In this document: positions 44,037 through 55,500 of the stretch, one piece after another
Layout: the number at the start of each line of letters is the position of its first letter
Numbering within the stretch: the first letter of the stretch is position 1
Assembly (NCBI GenBank): GCA_034669905.1
Contig: JAXMOL010000029.1
Span: 1 to 64,000 of the forward strand
DNA length: 64,000 nucleotides
Direction of reading: 5' to 3'
DNA from: Candidatus Hydrogenedentota bacterium
GTDB taxonomy: Bacteria; Hydrogenedentota; Hydrogenedentia; Hydrogenedentales; JAEUWI01
The notes under the pieces: generated by a model
The model's input: only the letters and a program-made list of their open reading frames with translations
What the model was told of the DNA's origin: nothing
The model's database searches: none
Program-made: the position numbers and the translations under genes

Positions 44037-45407
44037 CTATTCCTCGGTGGGCACCTTGGATGCCAGTTGTCGGTGTACCTCGTTCACGATTTTTTCTTCC
44101 AGTCCCGGTGCCCAGTGTGCGGGACGTCCCTGGTAGACCATGGCTTTGCCGCCTTCGTAGCCCCCTTCGGCGAGGACCCGTTCGGAAGGGATGTAGGCAC
44201 AGAGGTCGTTGGCGTAGGTGGCGACCCAGGTGTTTTCTTTGCCGAGTTCTTTCTTGAATCGCAGGGAATAGTCGACCACGGCTTCGCCGCCGAGGAAGAT
44301 GGCGTTCAGTGAATCGCCAATCTGGAGTGTTTGAATCGGCACGGGGTAGTTCGGCGCAATCGGGATGCCCTTGTCCAGCTGCTCCAGCAGGATTTTGGCG
44401 CGCCGCTGATGGTATACGTCATCCCCTTTCAAATCCGCCTGCAGGGTTTCGCGCGTGGGAAGGGTGTCGAAGTCCAGGCTAATCCGTTCTAACTGGGGGT
44501 TGATGGGGCCGGAGAGAGGGCGCATGGGGGTCTTCAGGACGTCCTCCACGGCGTCGGCCAGGCGCTTGCCATACTCACGGGCCAATCGAAGTTCACGCCG
44601 CGGCAGGGGGTTGATATCACCTCCGCACCCGGTGACGAAGAGCGCGGTGGCGTCGGGATGCATCGCTTCGAGTTCCGCTTGCGCAAAACCCGGATAGTCA
44701 CCGGACCACTGGTATAACTCCACGGTGGTGGCATGACAGGCGTACCCGAAGGCCACGGCCGTCAGCTTGCCATCGGGGTCGGTCACCCGCAAGACCGGCA
44801 CATCGTGATCCACCGGACCCTGGGCCACAAAACCCGGCTTCCCGACCTCGGACTCTTTGTTGTTTCGCCGGTTCACCCCAAAGCCCGCGGTGCCGTTACC
44901 GAAGGCCAGATGGGCCGGTTGGAGGTCTTCCATCAATTCTGCGGTCAGGGAGAGAATCTTCCCTTCCAGCACCTCGCTATACCGCTTCAGCGCCGCCACC
45001 TGAGTGTCATCAATGGGATAAATGATCCTGTCTTCGATGGCGTGTAACGGCGGTCCACAATGGGTGTGGGTACATATCAGGGTGATCTGTTCTCGCGTCA
45101 GTCCGTGGGCTTCGCTGATACGCTTCGTGACCGATTCGACAAAGGGTGCCGGCAAGGTGATTACCTCGAGGGATATCAGCAGGAATCGCCGGTCCTGATC
45201 GTCTTCCAGCAGCAAGCCTTTGGCATGGAGGTCGTGTACTTTCTCGGAGACGGGTTTCGTGCGGGACGCATAGCCCCCCGCCCACAACGGTCCTTCCGGC
45301 GTGATGACGACCGCGCCCGATGCAGCCCGGTATTCGGCCCCCTGAACCAGTGATGTGACCGCGAAGGCCAGGGCGACGCAGAGGCGTAGTGTCCATGTGT
45401 AATGCAT
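44037..45407 (-). CDS. Neutral/alkaline ceramidase N-terminal-domain family hydrolase, secreted
   Basis: [46 protein letters not shown]. Confidence 0.85.
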   Translation of the reverse strand: MHYTWTLRLCVALAFAVTSLVQGAEYRAASGAVVITPEGPLWAGGYASRTKPVSEKVHDLHAKGLLLEDDQDRRFLLISLEVITLPAPFVESVTKRISEAHGLTREQITLICTHTHCGPPLHAIEDRIIYPIDDTQVAALKRYSEVLEGKILSLTAELMEDLQPAHLAFGNGTAGFGVNRRNNKESEVGKPGFVAQGPVDHDVPVLRVTDPDGKLTAVAFGYACHATTVELYQWSGDYPGFAQAELEAMHPDATALFVTGCGGDINPLPRRELRLAREYGKRLADAVEDVLKTPMRPLSGPINPQLERISLDFDTLPTRETLQADLKGDDVYHQRRAKILLEQLDKGIPIAPNYPVPIQTLQIGDSLNAIFLGGEAVVDYSLRFKKELGKENTWVATYANDLCAYIPSERVLAEGGYEGGKAMVYQGRPAHWAPGLEEKIVNEVHRQLASKVPTEE

Positions 45408-45740
45408 ACGTTACTATCCTTCCCTGCGTCCGCAGGGAGTTGTAGAAGTTGTCCCGACTTACGCGCTGCGCATCCGCATGACCATTCAAGTTTTACCGGC
45501 CATAGACACGAGCGCAGCGTTCAAGAAGCGAAAAATCATTATGCGTGCAGAGGGTACTTAAATCAATGGTCAGGGGTACAAACGTATAGGAGGTGTCCAT
45601 CGCGAACGTTGGGGGCGAAGTCCCGCCGCTTCCATTGCGATTGGTGTGTGGTCTTGCTATTCTCAGCTACTCCCATCGACGCATTTTTTCGGGCCGTTGC
45701 TGGGTTGCCGTTTTTTACACCCGATTGAAGAGGAGTATTC

Positions 45741-46796
45741 ATGAAGACTTCCCCGAACGCACGCGTCCACCTGTTGCTGGCGAGCACCTTGCTGCTGTCC
45801 TTATCCGCATTCGCCCAGGAATCCACTCCCACGCCGGATGGGAAGGGGACCGCATCACAGACCGGTAGCCGCCATGACCTGACGGTCCGCGCCAGCGCGA
45901 TTAACCCGCAGGCGAAAGAATACCCGGCAATCGACTACGTCTTCGCGGACGAAAAGGGCAATCCCAAGGACCAGCAGCACGCGGTGGTCGACCCCGAGGT
46001 GCCGTCCCGGGGCGAGTTGGTCATCTGGTTGATGGGCCATAATCAGCGCTTCTTCGAACACCTGGCCAGTTACGGACTGCACGCGATTCAGCCCCACTAT
46101 GCGAACCGTTGGTTCTCCAAAATTGATGGGAAGAAACGGGATGACGGCACCAGCTTGGGCAAGGTGCGTCTCGAAGCGGCGACGGGTGAAGATCACAGCC
46201 CCCTGATACACCTTGCGAAACCCGATGGCCTCGCGCAGCGCTCAATTCAGATGGTGAAATGGCTGGCGGAAAGCCATCCGGAAGGCAAGTGGGGGCAGTT
46301 TCTAACGGACGATGGTTCCGACCTGCGCTGGGACAAGGTGATCCTGTCCGGCATCTCCCACGGTTCGACGACGTCCGCGCGCTTTGCCAAACATCAGAAG
46401 GTGGCGCGGGTGGTCATGTTTTCGGGGCCCCGCGACCAGTTTGAAACCTGGCACGGCTTTCCTTCCGCCACACCGACGAATCGTTACTTCGGTTTTACCC
46501 ACGTCCTCGACGCGGGTTGGGTCGGCGACCACTATTGCCGCTCCTGGCAAATGCTGGGGCTGGCCGAGTTTGGGCCCCTGGTCAACGTGGACGGGGCAAG
46601 CGCCCCCTACGGGAATTCGCGTCGGCTGATTACCAACAGCGACGTGGACAACGACAGTGGCCGCGCCCACGGCGTGGTGATTTCGGGTGCCGCCTGGCCG
46701 GGAGTATGGCGTTACCTGTTCACCCATCCGGTGGAAGAAACCGGGGACCCGGTGCCCTTCGATGAGGACTGCAGGATGGACCTGCGCGCCAAGTGA
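45741..46796 (+). CDS. Secreted alpha/beta-hydrolase-like protein (BPSS1187-like)
   Basis: Signal peptide; nucleophile-elbow-like SGISHG; VVMFSGPRD. Confidence 0.7.
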   Translation: MKTSPNARVHLLLASTLLLSLSAFAQESTPTPDGKGTASQTGSRHDLTVRASAINPQAKEYPAIDYVFADEKGNPKDQQHAVVDPEVPSRGELVIWLMGHNQRFFEHLASYGLHAIQPHYANRWFSKIDGKKRDDGTSLGKVRLEAATGEDHSPLIHLAKPDGLAQRSIQMVKWLAESHPEGKWGQFLTDDGSDLRWDKVILSGISHGSTTSARFAKHQKVARVVMFSGPRDQFETWHGFPSATPTNRYFGFTHVLDAGWVGDHYCRSWQMLGLAEFGPLVNVDGASAPYGNSRRLITNSDVDNDSGRAHGVVISGAAWPGVWRYLFTHPVEETGDPVPFDEDCRMDLRAK

Positions 46797-46890
46797 GCAC
46801 ATGCACCACACGGACTGGCTGGTTGAAGTTTCGGGCCAATTGAGTCCGGGTTCGGTTCGTGGCCGTGGGCACGACAAAAATCAAGGAGCT

Positions 46891-48522
46891 ATGATGGTAC
46901 GCGCGAATTCAGTAGATAGAGCAAAGGGCGTTGCGCCCACGGGGTTACTCCTTTTATGGCTGACGCTATTGGCTACGAGTGTCACCAGCTTCGGGGCGGA
47001 CATTTCTGCCCCGGCGCACGCTGCAGGCGAAGCAAATTCAGATAACGGGGACGCCCCGATCTGTTTGGGTGCCAATGACCTGTCTATTGCAACGGGCACC
47101 CCTTCGCTCGTAACCATGTCGAGCGGCTCGACCCACATCCCCGTGTGGTCCCTCTCCGGCGGCACGGAAGGACAGTCCGTCGCCGGTGTGGTGGGCGGGT
47201 TGCCCGCCGGGTGCGCCGCGGTCAAGGTGGAGATTGTGGTCACCACGGAGGATGGGGCAACGAGCGCCGACTTTGAAGATGTCTACCGGGTCCATCTGTC
47301 CCAGTTGGTGGAGGATGGCGCTTTCACGGACGGCTATCTCTTGGGTACGCCGGTACGGACCGCCCTTCCGCCTGCGCCATTTCATACGCGCACGATTGTC
47401 CTTGAGTCTTACTACCCCGTGGACCCGAAAGCCCCCCTGTGGGTTCGTATTCAACGGGAGCCCGGCGACCCTGCCGACACCTTCACGCGACCCACGGGGC
47501 TGGCGATGGTTAAGGTGACGCCCCTGGAGGCGCCCGCGAAGGCGCACGTTGTTCAGGATGTGCCCGGCTACAATTCGTGGCCCATGATTCAGGCCATTGG
47601 TGAAAGGCTGGTTTGCGTGTATAGCCGCGGCACGAAGCACACCATTAATGAAGATGCCCGGGTGGTGTATTCGCGTACCTTGTCGGACCACGGAAAGACG
47701 TGGACGAAGGAAACCGTCGTCGCCAACACGCCGGAGTATGGCGAGGTCGCCGTGGGGAAAGGGTTGGATTCAACGGGCGCGATGTTTCTCTGGGTGCGGC
47801 GTGTCGGGAAGGTGTGGCACCATGATCTCTATCGCACGACGGATGGGGTGACCTTCTCGCTCATCGCGACGCCGGAACTCGCGGTGACACCGGTGCAGAT
47901 CACCGACGTATTTGCGGTACCCGAAGTGGGACTCATGGCGCTGTGGTTCGCCGGGAGCTACGGTGAGGGCACGAACAATTCGTGGGGCACGTTGACCAGC
48001 GACGACGATGGTGCAACGTGGACCCAGACCCCCGTCGAGACCGGGCTGAGCAAAGGCGCATGGCCCACGGAGCCGTCCGCCGTCTATCTGGGGGACGGCC
48101 GGATTCTCGCCATCGGGCGAACAGAGCAGGGGGGACCGACCACGGCGCGGTCCCAGTTCCAGTTGGTCTCCACCGACTACGGTGCGACCTGGACGCGCCA
48201 TCAAACAAATATCGGCGAAGTTACTATCTCTACACCCAGTCTGATCCTTGATACCGAAACCGATCTGCTTAGCAACTACTATTACGAACGTGGACGGGGA
48301 ATCCTCCGGCGTCGCGTCGTCGATCCCGATTATATATTTGATAATCCCCTCCACTGGCCCGACTCCGAGGCAGTGGCTGTCGGCAGCCGGGTCGGGGTTG
48401 ATTCGGGCAACGTGAACGCCACCGCAATCGGGAGTACGCACTATCTCTCGTTCTACTCGGGCAAGGCTCCCGACACGGCGGTCCTGGTATCTGCCGTACC
48501 GGCGCCCACCACCGGGCCATAA
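46891..48522 (+). CDS. Secreted sialidase-like (BNR/Asp-box) protein
   Basis: Asp boxes SDHGKTW, SDDDGATW, STDYGATW; TEPSAVYLGDGRILAIGR; AAGGAG RBS. Confidence 0.8.
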   Translation: MMVRANSVDRAKGVAPTGLLLLWLTLLATSVTSFGADISAPAHAAGEANSDNGDAPICLGANDLSIATGTPSLVTMSSGSTHIPVWSLSGGTEGQSVAGVVGGLPAGCAAVKVEIVVTTEDGATSADFEDVYRVHLSQLVEDGAFTDGYLLGTPVRTALPPAPFHTRTIVLESYYPVDPKAPLWVRIQREPGDPADTFTRPTGLAMVKVTPLEAPAKAHVVQDVPGYNSWPMIQAIGERLVCVYSRGTKHTINEDARVVYSRTLSDHGKTWTKETVVANTPEYGEVAVGKGLDSTGAMFLWVRRVGKVWHHDLYRTTDGVTFSLIATPELAVTPVQITDVFAVPEVGLMALWFAGSYGEGTNNSWGTLTSDDDGATWTQTPVETGLSKGAWPTEPSAVYLGDGRILAIGRTEQGGPTTARSQFQLVSTDYGATWTRHQTNIGEVTISTPSLILDTETDLLSNYYYERGRGILRRRVVDPDYIFDNPLHWPDSEAVAVGSRVGVDSGNVNATAIGSTHYLSFYSGKAPDTAVLVSAVPAPTTGP

Positions 48523-48652
48523 CAGCCCACCGTGCCCGCGGCATGATGTTCATGCGTGCGGTATTCTGCTTGGGACTTTACTGCGTTGGTAGCGGATAAC
48601 TCCGCCCCCGTCTTTGTCATAACCAACACGTGGGATAGAAACGGGCTCGTGG

Positions 48653-50158
48653 TTAGTTCGTGCTGGCGGACTCCGCTATCGATTTTATGCGTTGCTTCAA
48701 CATCCCATCTAACTCACGAATCGCGGCTTGAATTTCCAGTCGGGAATCGTTGATGAGGTTTTGTGATTCGTCCGGGTCGTTTTTCAGGTCGAAGAATTCA
48801 TCACGCCCCTCATTGTGGATGTCACGAATCAGCTTGTACTTCGGGGTGCGGATACAGCGCATGTCGGCGGTGACGTAATTGATCATATGGTATTCCGCAT
48901 AGAACGTCTCGGGCCAGTCTTCGGGATTTTCTCCCCCCAGTAACGGCACCAGGCTCCGTCCGCGCAGGGGCAGCTTCGGGGGTAATTCGGCACCGGCTAT
49001 CTCGACGATGGTGGGGAAGAAGTCCAGCGCACTGGTGGTTTCGTCAATGACCGTGCCTGGCTTGACGCGGCCCGGCCATCGGATGACGGTGGGGACTTTC
49101 AGTGAATTGTCGTACATGTTGGGCCGGTACTTGTCGGAAATAACACGGGTGCCCTGGTGTGTGGGACCGGGCGGCTTGGTCACCGTGGCCCATATGCCAT
49201 TGCCTTTGTGCCATATGCCATTGTGCCCCATGTTATAGCCATGATCGGAGGAGTAGATGACGATGGTGTCTTCGGTTAATCCGAGTTGGTCGAGGCGGTC
49301 GAGCAGGCGGCCCAGATTTCGGTCGACGCCCGTGGCGCTTGCCAGGTATTCGCGCATCCTGCTTTTCGTTTTCTTCACGTCGAGGCCCGGGTACGCGGGG
49401 ATGGCGGGATCCATGTCTTCGTAGGGGGCCCAATCCTCCGGGGCGACGGGCAGCCACGCCCCGTGGGGTGCGCGGGTATTGAGGCAGAGCAAAAAGGGCT
49501 CTTCTTGGTGTTTTTCGATGAACGCGAGGGCGCGGTCGGTGAGAATGTCGGTGGTCAGCCCCTCGAAAGTCCGCATCTCACCGTCCTCTTCCAATTCGGG
49601 GTCCTTGGTGGGACAGCCCCCGTGGGCCAGGCCCATGAAATAGTCGAAGCCGTGATTGGTTGGGTGCCGTCGTGGATCGCCCGTTGCCGTCCAGTCGCCG
49701 AGATGCCACTTTCCCACGAGCCCCGTCGCATAGCCATGATCCTGTAAGACTTCCGCAAAGGTGACACTCTGGTCGGGGTCGAGTGCGACCTGCTGCCCGG
49801 GGTCATATAGTTTGTGGCCGGGATGGGGGATAAAATCGAGGATGCCAAACTCGCTCGCGTAGCGTCCGGTCATAAGGGCCGCGCGTGCGGGACTGCACAC
49901 GGGCGTCGCACAGAAGGAATTGGTGAGAAAGGCCCCTTCCCGGGCGAGGCGATCGAGATTCGGCGTGCTGGCGACCGGTACATCCCGATAGAAGCCCTGT
50001 TCGACTGCTGCGCCCATCGTCCAGGGTGCCTGGTCGTCGGTGTAGATAAAGAGGATGTTGGGTCGTGGGTTGGGTGCCGCGTGGGCCTGGGAAAGCAGGC
50101 CTGTTCCCAGGAGTGCGCACAGAGACATCATCAACAGGGTGAGCTTGCTTCGGGTCAT
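48653..50158 (-). CDS. Sulfatase (formylglycine-dependent, family S1)
   Basis: PNILFIYTDDQ, CSPARAALMTG, GKWHLG, SSDHG. Confidence 0.95.
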   Translation of the reverse strand: MTRSKLTLLMMSLCALLGTGLLSQAHAAPNPRPNILFIYTDDQAPWTMGAAVEQGFYRDVPVASTPNLDRLAREGAFLTNSFCATPVCSPARAALMTGRYASEFGILDFIPHPGHKLYDPGQQVALDPDQSVTFAEVLQDHGYATGLVGKWHLGDWTATGDPRRHPTNHGFDYFMGLAHGGCPTKDPELEEDGEMRTFEGLTTDILTDRALAFIEKHQEEPFLLCLNTRAPHGAWLPVAPEDWAPYEDMDPAIPAYPGLDVKKTKSRMREYLASATGVDRNLGRLLDRLDQLGLTEDTIVIYSSDHGYNMGHNGIWHKGNGIWATVTKPPGPTHQGTRVISDKYRPNMYDNSLKVPTVIRWPGRVKPGTVIDETTSALDFFPTIVEIAGAELPPKLPLRGRSLVPLLGGENPEDWPETFYAEYHMINYVTADMRCIRTPKYKLIRDIHNEGRDEFFDLKNDPDESQNLINDSRLEIQAAIRELDGMLKQRIKSIAESASTN

Positions 50159-50192
50159 TTCTTGTTGTTCTCCATCGTGGGCAACGGGACCT

Positions 50193-51587
50193 TTACCATT
50201 TTCGGGGGCGACTGTTTCGTAAGGTGGCGGCGGCTTCCTCCAAGGCGCGTCGGGCGCTATCGGCGGCGGGGCTGCTGCCCACTTCAACGGGATGCTTTTC
50301 GAGGAAATCCTGCGACAGGTCGTAGAGCGTGCCGTTGCTATACCGTTTCCACCGTTCATTGCGGACCACATCCAGCAGGGCGTCGGGGTGGCTGGCAGGA
50401 GCCTTATACTTGCTCGAATTGTTTTCGAAGTTTCCCCAGGTGTAGACGAAGGGCTTGCCCCCATCCGGTTCTCCGAATAATAAGGGGGCAATGTTTCGAC
50501 CGTCCAGGGGGTAATTTGCTGGCACATCGACGTCGGCCAAAGCGCACAGGGTCGGCAGGATATCGGTAAAGTCCATAAGGCCCTCCTGTGTGTGACCGGC
50601 CGGAATGCGCTTGGGCCATCGTGCGATGAACGGCACATTGGCACCGAGTTCGGTAGGGAAGTACTTGCCGCCGCGAACTGTTTCCCCCATGAACTGGCTG
50701 CGGATCGTCTTGGCGTCGCTGACGTTGTCGGTGCCGTTGTCTGCGGTGACGATCACGAGCGTGTCGTCGGCGAGTTCGAGTTCATCCAGCACCGCAAGCA
50801 CTTTCGCAATCGTGCGATCCGCGTAGCGCAGCATGGGGGCGAAGTTATCCGGGTGGCCCTTGTTGGTCAACCAGGCGTCGGGTGGTGCCTCACCTTGCCT
50901 GGGTGCTCCCTCGGAGTCGGGGGTGGGCTGGAAGGGGCGATGCATGAGGGTCATCGCGTAGTACACGAAAAAGGGTTCGTTGCGGTGGCGGCGTATGAAG
51001 TCCGTCAGAAAGTCGCTATAGACGTCGGGCCCGTAACGATCGAGCTTTTTCTTGGTGCCATTGACTACGATGTTCCCGCCCCAATAGCGGTTTCCCTGAC
51101 CGCGTTTGGCCTGTTCGCCCATGGCCCGGCTGTCGTAGGAGCAGAATTCATCGAAGCCCGCCAGACGCGGCGGCAGGGGAGCCTTGTCCCAGTGGCCAAA
51201 GGGATGCCATTTCCCTGCCATGGCCGTTGCATAGCCTCCGTCTTTGAGAAGTTGGGCAACGGTTTTCTGGGAGGTGTCGAATTCTTCCCAGGCGGTGTAG
51301 TTTCGAAAGCTGTAGCGGCCGGTCAGCAGTTCGACGCGGCTGGGGGCGCACATGGGCGTTGCATAGCAGGTGTTGAATTGCATGCCTTGTTGTGCGAAGC
51401 GATCAAGGGTGGGGGTTTCATAGCTTTCGCCGCCATAGCTTGAGAGGAGTTCCCGTCCGAGGTCATCTGCCAGAATGACCACAACATTGGGCCGACGGGA
51501 CTCATCCGCAACAGTCGTCTCGCCGCCCAGAAGGAGGGCGCCGATAGTGACGGCAATCGCAGGGCGCGACAGGCTTCGCATGGTCAT
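50193..51587 (-). CDS. Sulfatase (family S1)
   Basis: [32 protein letters not shown]. Confidence 0.95.
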   Translation of the reverse strand: MTMRSLSRPAIAVTIGALLLGGETTVADESRRPNVVVILADDLGRELLSSYGGESYETPTLDRFAQQGMQFNTCYATPMCAPSRVELLTGRYSFRNYTAWEEFDTSQKTVAQLLKDGGYATAMAGKWHPFGHWDKAPLPPRLAGFDEFCSYDSRAMGEQAKRGQGNRYWGGNIVVNGTKKKLDRYGPDVYSDFLTDFIRRHRNEPFFVYYAMTLMHRPFQPTPDSEGAPRQGEAPPDAWLTNKGHPDNFAPMLRYADRTIAKVLAVLDELELADDTLVIVTADNGTDNVSDAKTIRSQFMGETVRGGKYFPTELGANVPFIARWPKRIPAGHTQEGLMDFTDILPTLCALADVDVPANYPLDGRNIAPLLFGEPDGGKPFVYTWGNFENNSSKYKAPASHPDALLDVVRNERWKRYSNGTLYDLSQDFLEKHPVEVGSSPAADSARRALEEAAATLRNSRPRKW

Positions 51588-54500
51588 CTCCGGGCCGATG
51601 TGATTTTGGTGCCTGCACCGGGTGGGCAGGTTTTCGCTAATTGCAGGGCCAATGTATGGATGGTTTTGGTGTGCTCTGCGCGGTTTGCCAGGTTGACGTT
51701 TTCGCCAGCGTCGCTTTGGTGGTCGTAGAGTTCCCGTGCGATTACTTCGCCATCAGAGAAATTGCGCCATTCGGTGTATCGGTAGCGGTCGGTGCGCATG
51801 GAATAGCCCATGGCGTCTGGGTCACTCCCACGAGGCGGATAGGCGGGACGGGGATGCCAGTTGAAGGCCGCTTCTTTGACGATGGCCGAGGGGTCCTCCA
51901 GGAGGGGGCGAAGACTTACGCCTTCCAGGTCTGTGGGTACGGAGAAACCGCTGAGGTCGAGGAGGGTCGGGTAGAGATCCACCAGCTCCACCAGGGCCCG
52001 GGTGCGTTGGCCACCGGGATGATCCGGCGTGGCGATGATCATGGGCACATGGGCGTCCAGTTCGAAATTACTGGTCTTTGCCCACAGGCGATGCTCGCCG
52101 AGATGGAATCCGTGGTCTGACCAGAACACGATGAGGGTATTGTCGGCCAATCCGGATTGGTCGAGTGCGTCGATGACCTTGCCAATTTGCGCGTCGGCGT
52201 AGCTGATTGACGCGTAGTAGCCGTGTCGAAGTTCCCGGGTCTGTTCCGGGCTGGGGTGTTTCATATCCAACGCGCGCAGCAGTTCACGGGAGTTGTGCAG
52301 GGCGATTTCGGGCACGTCCCGGGGCGGTTCCGGATTGTCGGGCATGGGGATTTCCGCGCGGTCGTACAGGTCCCAATATTTCTTGGGCGGGTTGAAGTCG
52401 AGATGGGGTTTCCAAAGGCCAACGCCCAGAAACCAGGGCCCATCCGATTGTTTCAACTCGGTGAGCGCCTCCACCGCCAGTTGGGCAATGCGCCCATCAA
52501 AATAGGCCTCATCGGGCACGTCCCGTTGTTCACATCGGGGCGTCATCGCCAGGTCCGGGGGGAGCTCGCCTTCCACTTCGGGGGTGTCGGCGCCGTGGGT
52601 GTTGTAGTGGAGCACCGACGGTACGGACCAGGAGGGTGCGTCGCCCTGATGGTCGGCCTGGTGCCAGTTGTGAAACATTTTTCCGATATTCTTGGTGAAG
52701 TAGCCCTGTTGCTTGAAGTACTGCGGCAGGGTGACCACATCGGGCATGGTGTCGCGGAAGTGGGTTCTCAGGTCAAAGACGCCCAGCGTCCAGGGACGTC
52801 GCCCGGTCATGAGCGAAGCGCGCGAGGGGTTGCATACCGCCTGCTGACAGTAGGCGCGTTCGAAGAGGGTGCCCCGTTCCGCCAGTCGGTCCAGGTGGGG
52901 TGTTTTGGCGAGGGTGTCGCCATAGCATCCCAGCTCTACCCGCATATCATCGACTGCGATGAATAACACGTTGGGCCGGGCAGTTTTGGATTGAGTGGCC
53001 GCGGGGTCACCTGATAGGGCCGAGAGGGGTTCGACGGACTCGGCGCTGGCTGGGGAGGTCGGTCCTTCGGGCCGAAAGGGGTTGGCCATATAGTAGAGAA
53101 AGCCATCCTCGGCACCGACGATAATGTCTCGCCAGCCATCCCCGTCAAAATCCACGGTGGTGGGACTGGTGGTGTGTCCGGCAAGGATGCGGTCACCGAG
53201 GGTGCGTTTGCTGTCAAAGCGCCACGGGGGGCCTTCTCCTGCGGTGATGTTACGAAGGAGGTCAACATTTGGTTTGCTGTTGACGAGGAGGTCTCGCTTG
53301 CCGTCGTTGTCGATATCCACGATAGCAAGCTTACGGCGGCCGCTCTTGCCTGCGGAATCCATATTCAAGCGCAGTGACCCATCCCCTTCTACCTCCGTGC
53401 CCCTGCGGTCGTACGCACCACCATCAAACACCCGTTGGCCTGGTTTGAGCACCAGTTTGCCGTCCTGGCGCGCCCGTGGGAACCACGTGAGGTAGCCCTC
53501 GTGATCGAGGGTGACCAGGTCATTCAGGCCGTCCTCATCCCAGTCGACCACGACGGGGGTAGTCCGCCATTGCGTGACCAGTTCCTTGTCGTTCGGATTC
53601 CACCAGTTCCAGGCAGGCTTGGGAGGCGTTGCGTCCCATTCAACCACGATGGGCGCGGCGGCGGCCAATTCGGGTTTCTGACGGGTGCCCGTGTTTCGGT
53701 ACCACAGCACCTTGCCCCAGATAGAATTGACCACCAGATCGGGCAGGCCGTCGTGGTCCCAATCTGCGACGCTGAGCGTGGTGTAGCCCCATTTGGCTTC
53801 GGCGGGGCCTTGAATGGAACCATTGGGCCCGGCCAGAATGCGCAGGGTCTCGCCACCTGCTTCCAGGCGTTTCGGCTTGTCCCAACGGGGTGTGGCGTGT
53901 CCGGGCGCAGTGCCCAGGTTTTCGATAAATCCGACATAGCCCGCCGTGTTGCCTGCGATGAGGTCTTCATCCCCGTCGCCGTCCCAGTCGAAGCCCACGG
54001 GCGTCACCAGGGCACCGAACTTCACGTCGTCGGCTTCCTGTTGAAAGTACTGGGGCTGCACGAAGACGGGCATGCCCCCGGCAGTACGCCCCGTATGTTC
54101 AATCAGTGCTACCCGGCCGTCTTCATCGCCGCAGACCAGATCGACATCGCCATCCTTATCCCAATCGATTGCGGTCGGCGTAATCATCTGGAGGTCCATC
54201 ACCACCGGGTGCCCCGCCGTGTCCACCAGGCGCTGCCCTGCGGCATAGCGGGGTTGGGTGCGACTTCCCTCGTTTTCAAACCAGGTGAATCCGTCGAGGA
54301 ACTCGCCACAGATCAGGTCGAGATCACCGTCGCCGTCAAAGTCTGCAAACTGGGGGCTGGGCATGCCGAACACGTCAACCGGCTTTCCGTCGGCCAGGAC
54401 CTGACGGGGCTCCTCATACTGCGGCGCGGCGTTGGTGCCCCCGTTGTGGAGGAGGAAGACGTGGCCATGCAAGGGGCCGCGGGTCCACGCGCCCGTTTCG

Positions 54501-55036
54501 TTGAAGGCATTGTCCCAGCCGTAGTCTCCCCAGAAACCGTGACCGACCACGAGGTCCAGCACGTCGTCGCCGTCGTAGTCGACATAGGTCCACTGGTTGG
54601 CTCGAACGCGGCCCTCTTCCATGAACTTGGTCGTGGGATAAAGTTTTTTCCGGGCTTCGAAATCGCCCTGGCCAATCTGGGTCAGTTCAACCCCCGGGAC
54701 GAGTATCCGGGGTTTTCCGCCTGGATAGGAGATGCTGATATTTCTGTGGCCTGCCGCAATGCGTCGGGCGGGTTTGAATACGGGAAACTTCGCATTGTCC
54801 GGCCCCGGATTCTCAAAGAGATAAATCCCGTTGTAGGGTACGTCGGAGCAGGATACGACCAGGTCGAGATCGCCATCGCCGTCGTAGTCCATGGGCAAGG
54901 GCCAGGCCCACAGGCCCACGCCCAAATCGACGACGAGGTCTGGATTGTTGTAGGGCAAGCGCTGTAGCACATCGGGCTGGGCCTCCAGGGCAAACACGGT
55001 CAACAGGGCGAAGATGCCCAAAGATAGGCGTCGCAT
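51584..55036 (-). CDS. FG-GAP/VCBS repeat domain fused to a C-terminal iduronate-2-sulfatase-like sulfatase
   Basis: DxDGDGDxDL repeats, then [33 protein letters not shown]; start at MRRLSLG. Confidence 0.9.
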   Translation of the reverse strand: MRRLSLGIFALLTVFALEAQPDVLQRLPYNNPDLVVDLGVGLWAWPLPMDYDGDGDLDLVVSCSDVPYNGIYLFENPGPDNAKFPVFKPARRIAAGHRNISISYPGGKPRILVPGVELTQIGQGDFEARKKLYPTTKFMEEGRVRANQWTYVDYDGDDVLDLVVGHGFWGDYGWDNAFNETGAWTRGPLHGHVFLLHNGGTNAAPQYEEPRQVLADGKPVDVFGMPSPQFADFDGDGDLDLICGEFLDGFTWFENEGSRTQPRYAAGQRLVDTAGHPVVMDLQMITPTAIDWDKDGDVDLVCGDEDGRVALIEHTGRTAGGMPVFVQPQYFQQEADDVKFGALVTPVGFDWDGDGDEDLIAGNTAGYVGFIENLGTAPGHATPRWDKPKRLEAGGETLRILAGPNGSIQGPAEAKWGYTTLSVADWDHDGLPDLVVNSIWGKVLWYRNTGTRQKPELAAAAPIVVEWDATPPKPAWNWWNPNDKELVTQWRTTPVVVDWDEDGLNDLVTLDHEGYLTWFPRARQDGKLVLKPGQRVFDGGAYDRRGTEVEGDGSLRLNMDSAGKSGRRKLAIVDIDNDGKRDLLVNSKPNVDLLRNITAGEGPPWRFDSKRTLGDRILAGHTTSPTTVDFDGDGWRDIIVGAEDGFLYYMANPFRPEGPTSPASAESVEPLSALSGDPAATQSKTARPNVLFIAVDDMRVELGCYGDTLAKTPHLDRLAERGTLFERAYCQQAVCNPSRASLMTGRRPWTLGVFDLRTHFRDTMPDVVTLPQYFKQQGYFTKNIGKMFHNWHQADHQGDAPSWSVPSVLHYNTHGADTPEVEGELPPDLAMTPRCEQRDVPDEAYFDGRIAQLAVEALTELKQSDGPWFLGVGLWKPHLDFNPPKKYWDLYDRAEIPMPDNPEPPRDVPEIALHNSRELLRALDMKHPSPEQTRELRHGYYASISYADAQIGKVIDALDQSGLADNTLIVFWSDHGFHLGEHRLWAKTSNFELDAHVPMIIATPDHPGGQRTRALVELVDLYPTLLDLSGFSVPTDLEGVSLRPLLEDPSAIVKEAAFNWHPRPAYPPRGSDPDAMGYSMRTDRYRYTEWRNFSDGEVIARELYDHQSDAGENVNLANRAEHTKTIHTLALQLAKTCPPGAGTKITSARR

Positions 55037-55500
55037 TATTGGCTTCTCCTGAGTTGCAAGGTCATTGGGCCACCGCTCGGTACGGAGTTTCCGCAACGGA
55101 AGCATAAGGAGACCTGGTTTCGATGTCTCTCCAAGCTGGGGTGTATGACGGCGGTAGCTATGGCGGTGCCGGATTGGCGCGTAATGCCGGGATAGCGCCG
55201 CATAATCTGGTGAACTCACATTTTCCCACGTTGACCCCAGCCTGCTGACCACGACAAAAGCTCTGGAAAGCCTAACAAACCGCAAGGGGGAATGCCATCT
55301 TGCCAACGGCGCTCACGATGGATGTTTTCGGGCTGACTAAGGCCGTGAGTTTTTCGTGCTGCACCCGTGTCGTGTTCGATTGTGAACTTTTCGTAATCTC
55401 TTTGGCCCCTTCCTGTTTATCTTCGGCGGGTATCATCGCAAGAGCGATAGAACAGGGCCCGGGAGATGAACTCCTGCTTCCCCTACTGGAGGACGACGAA

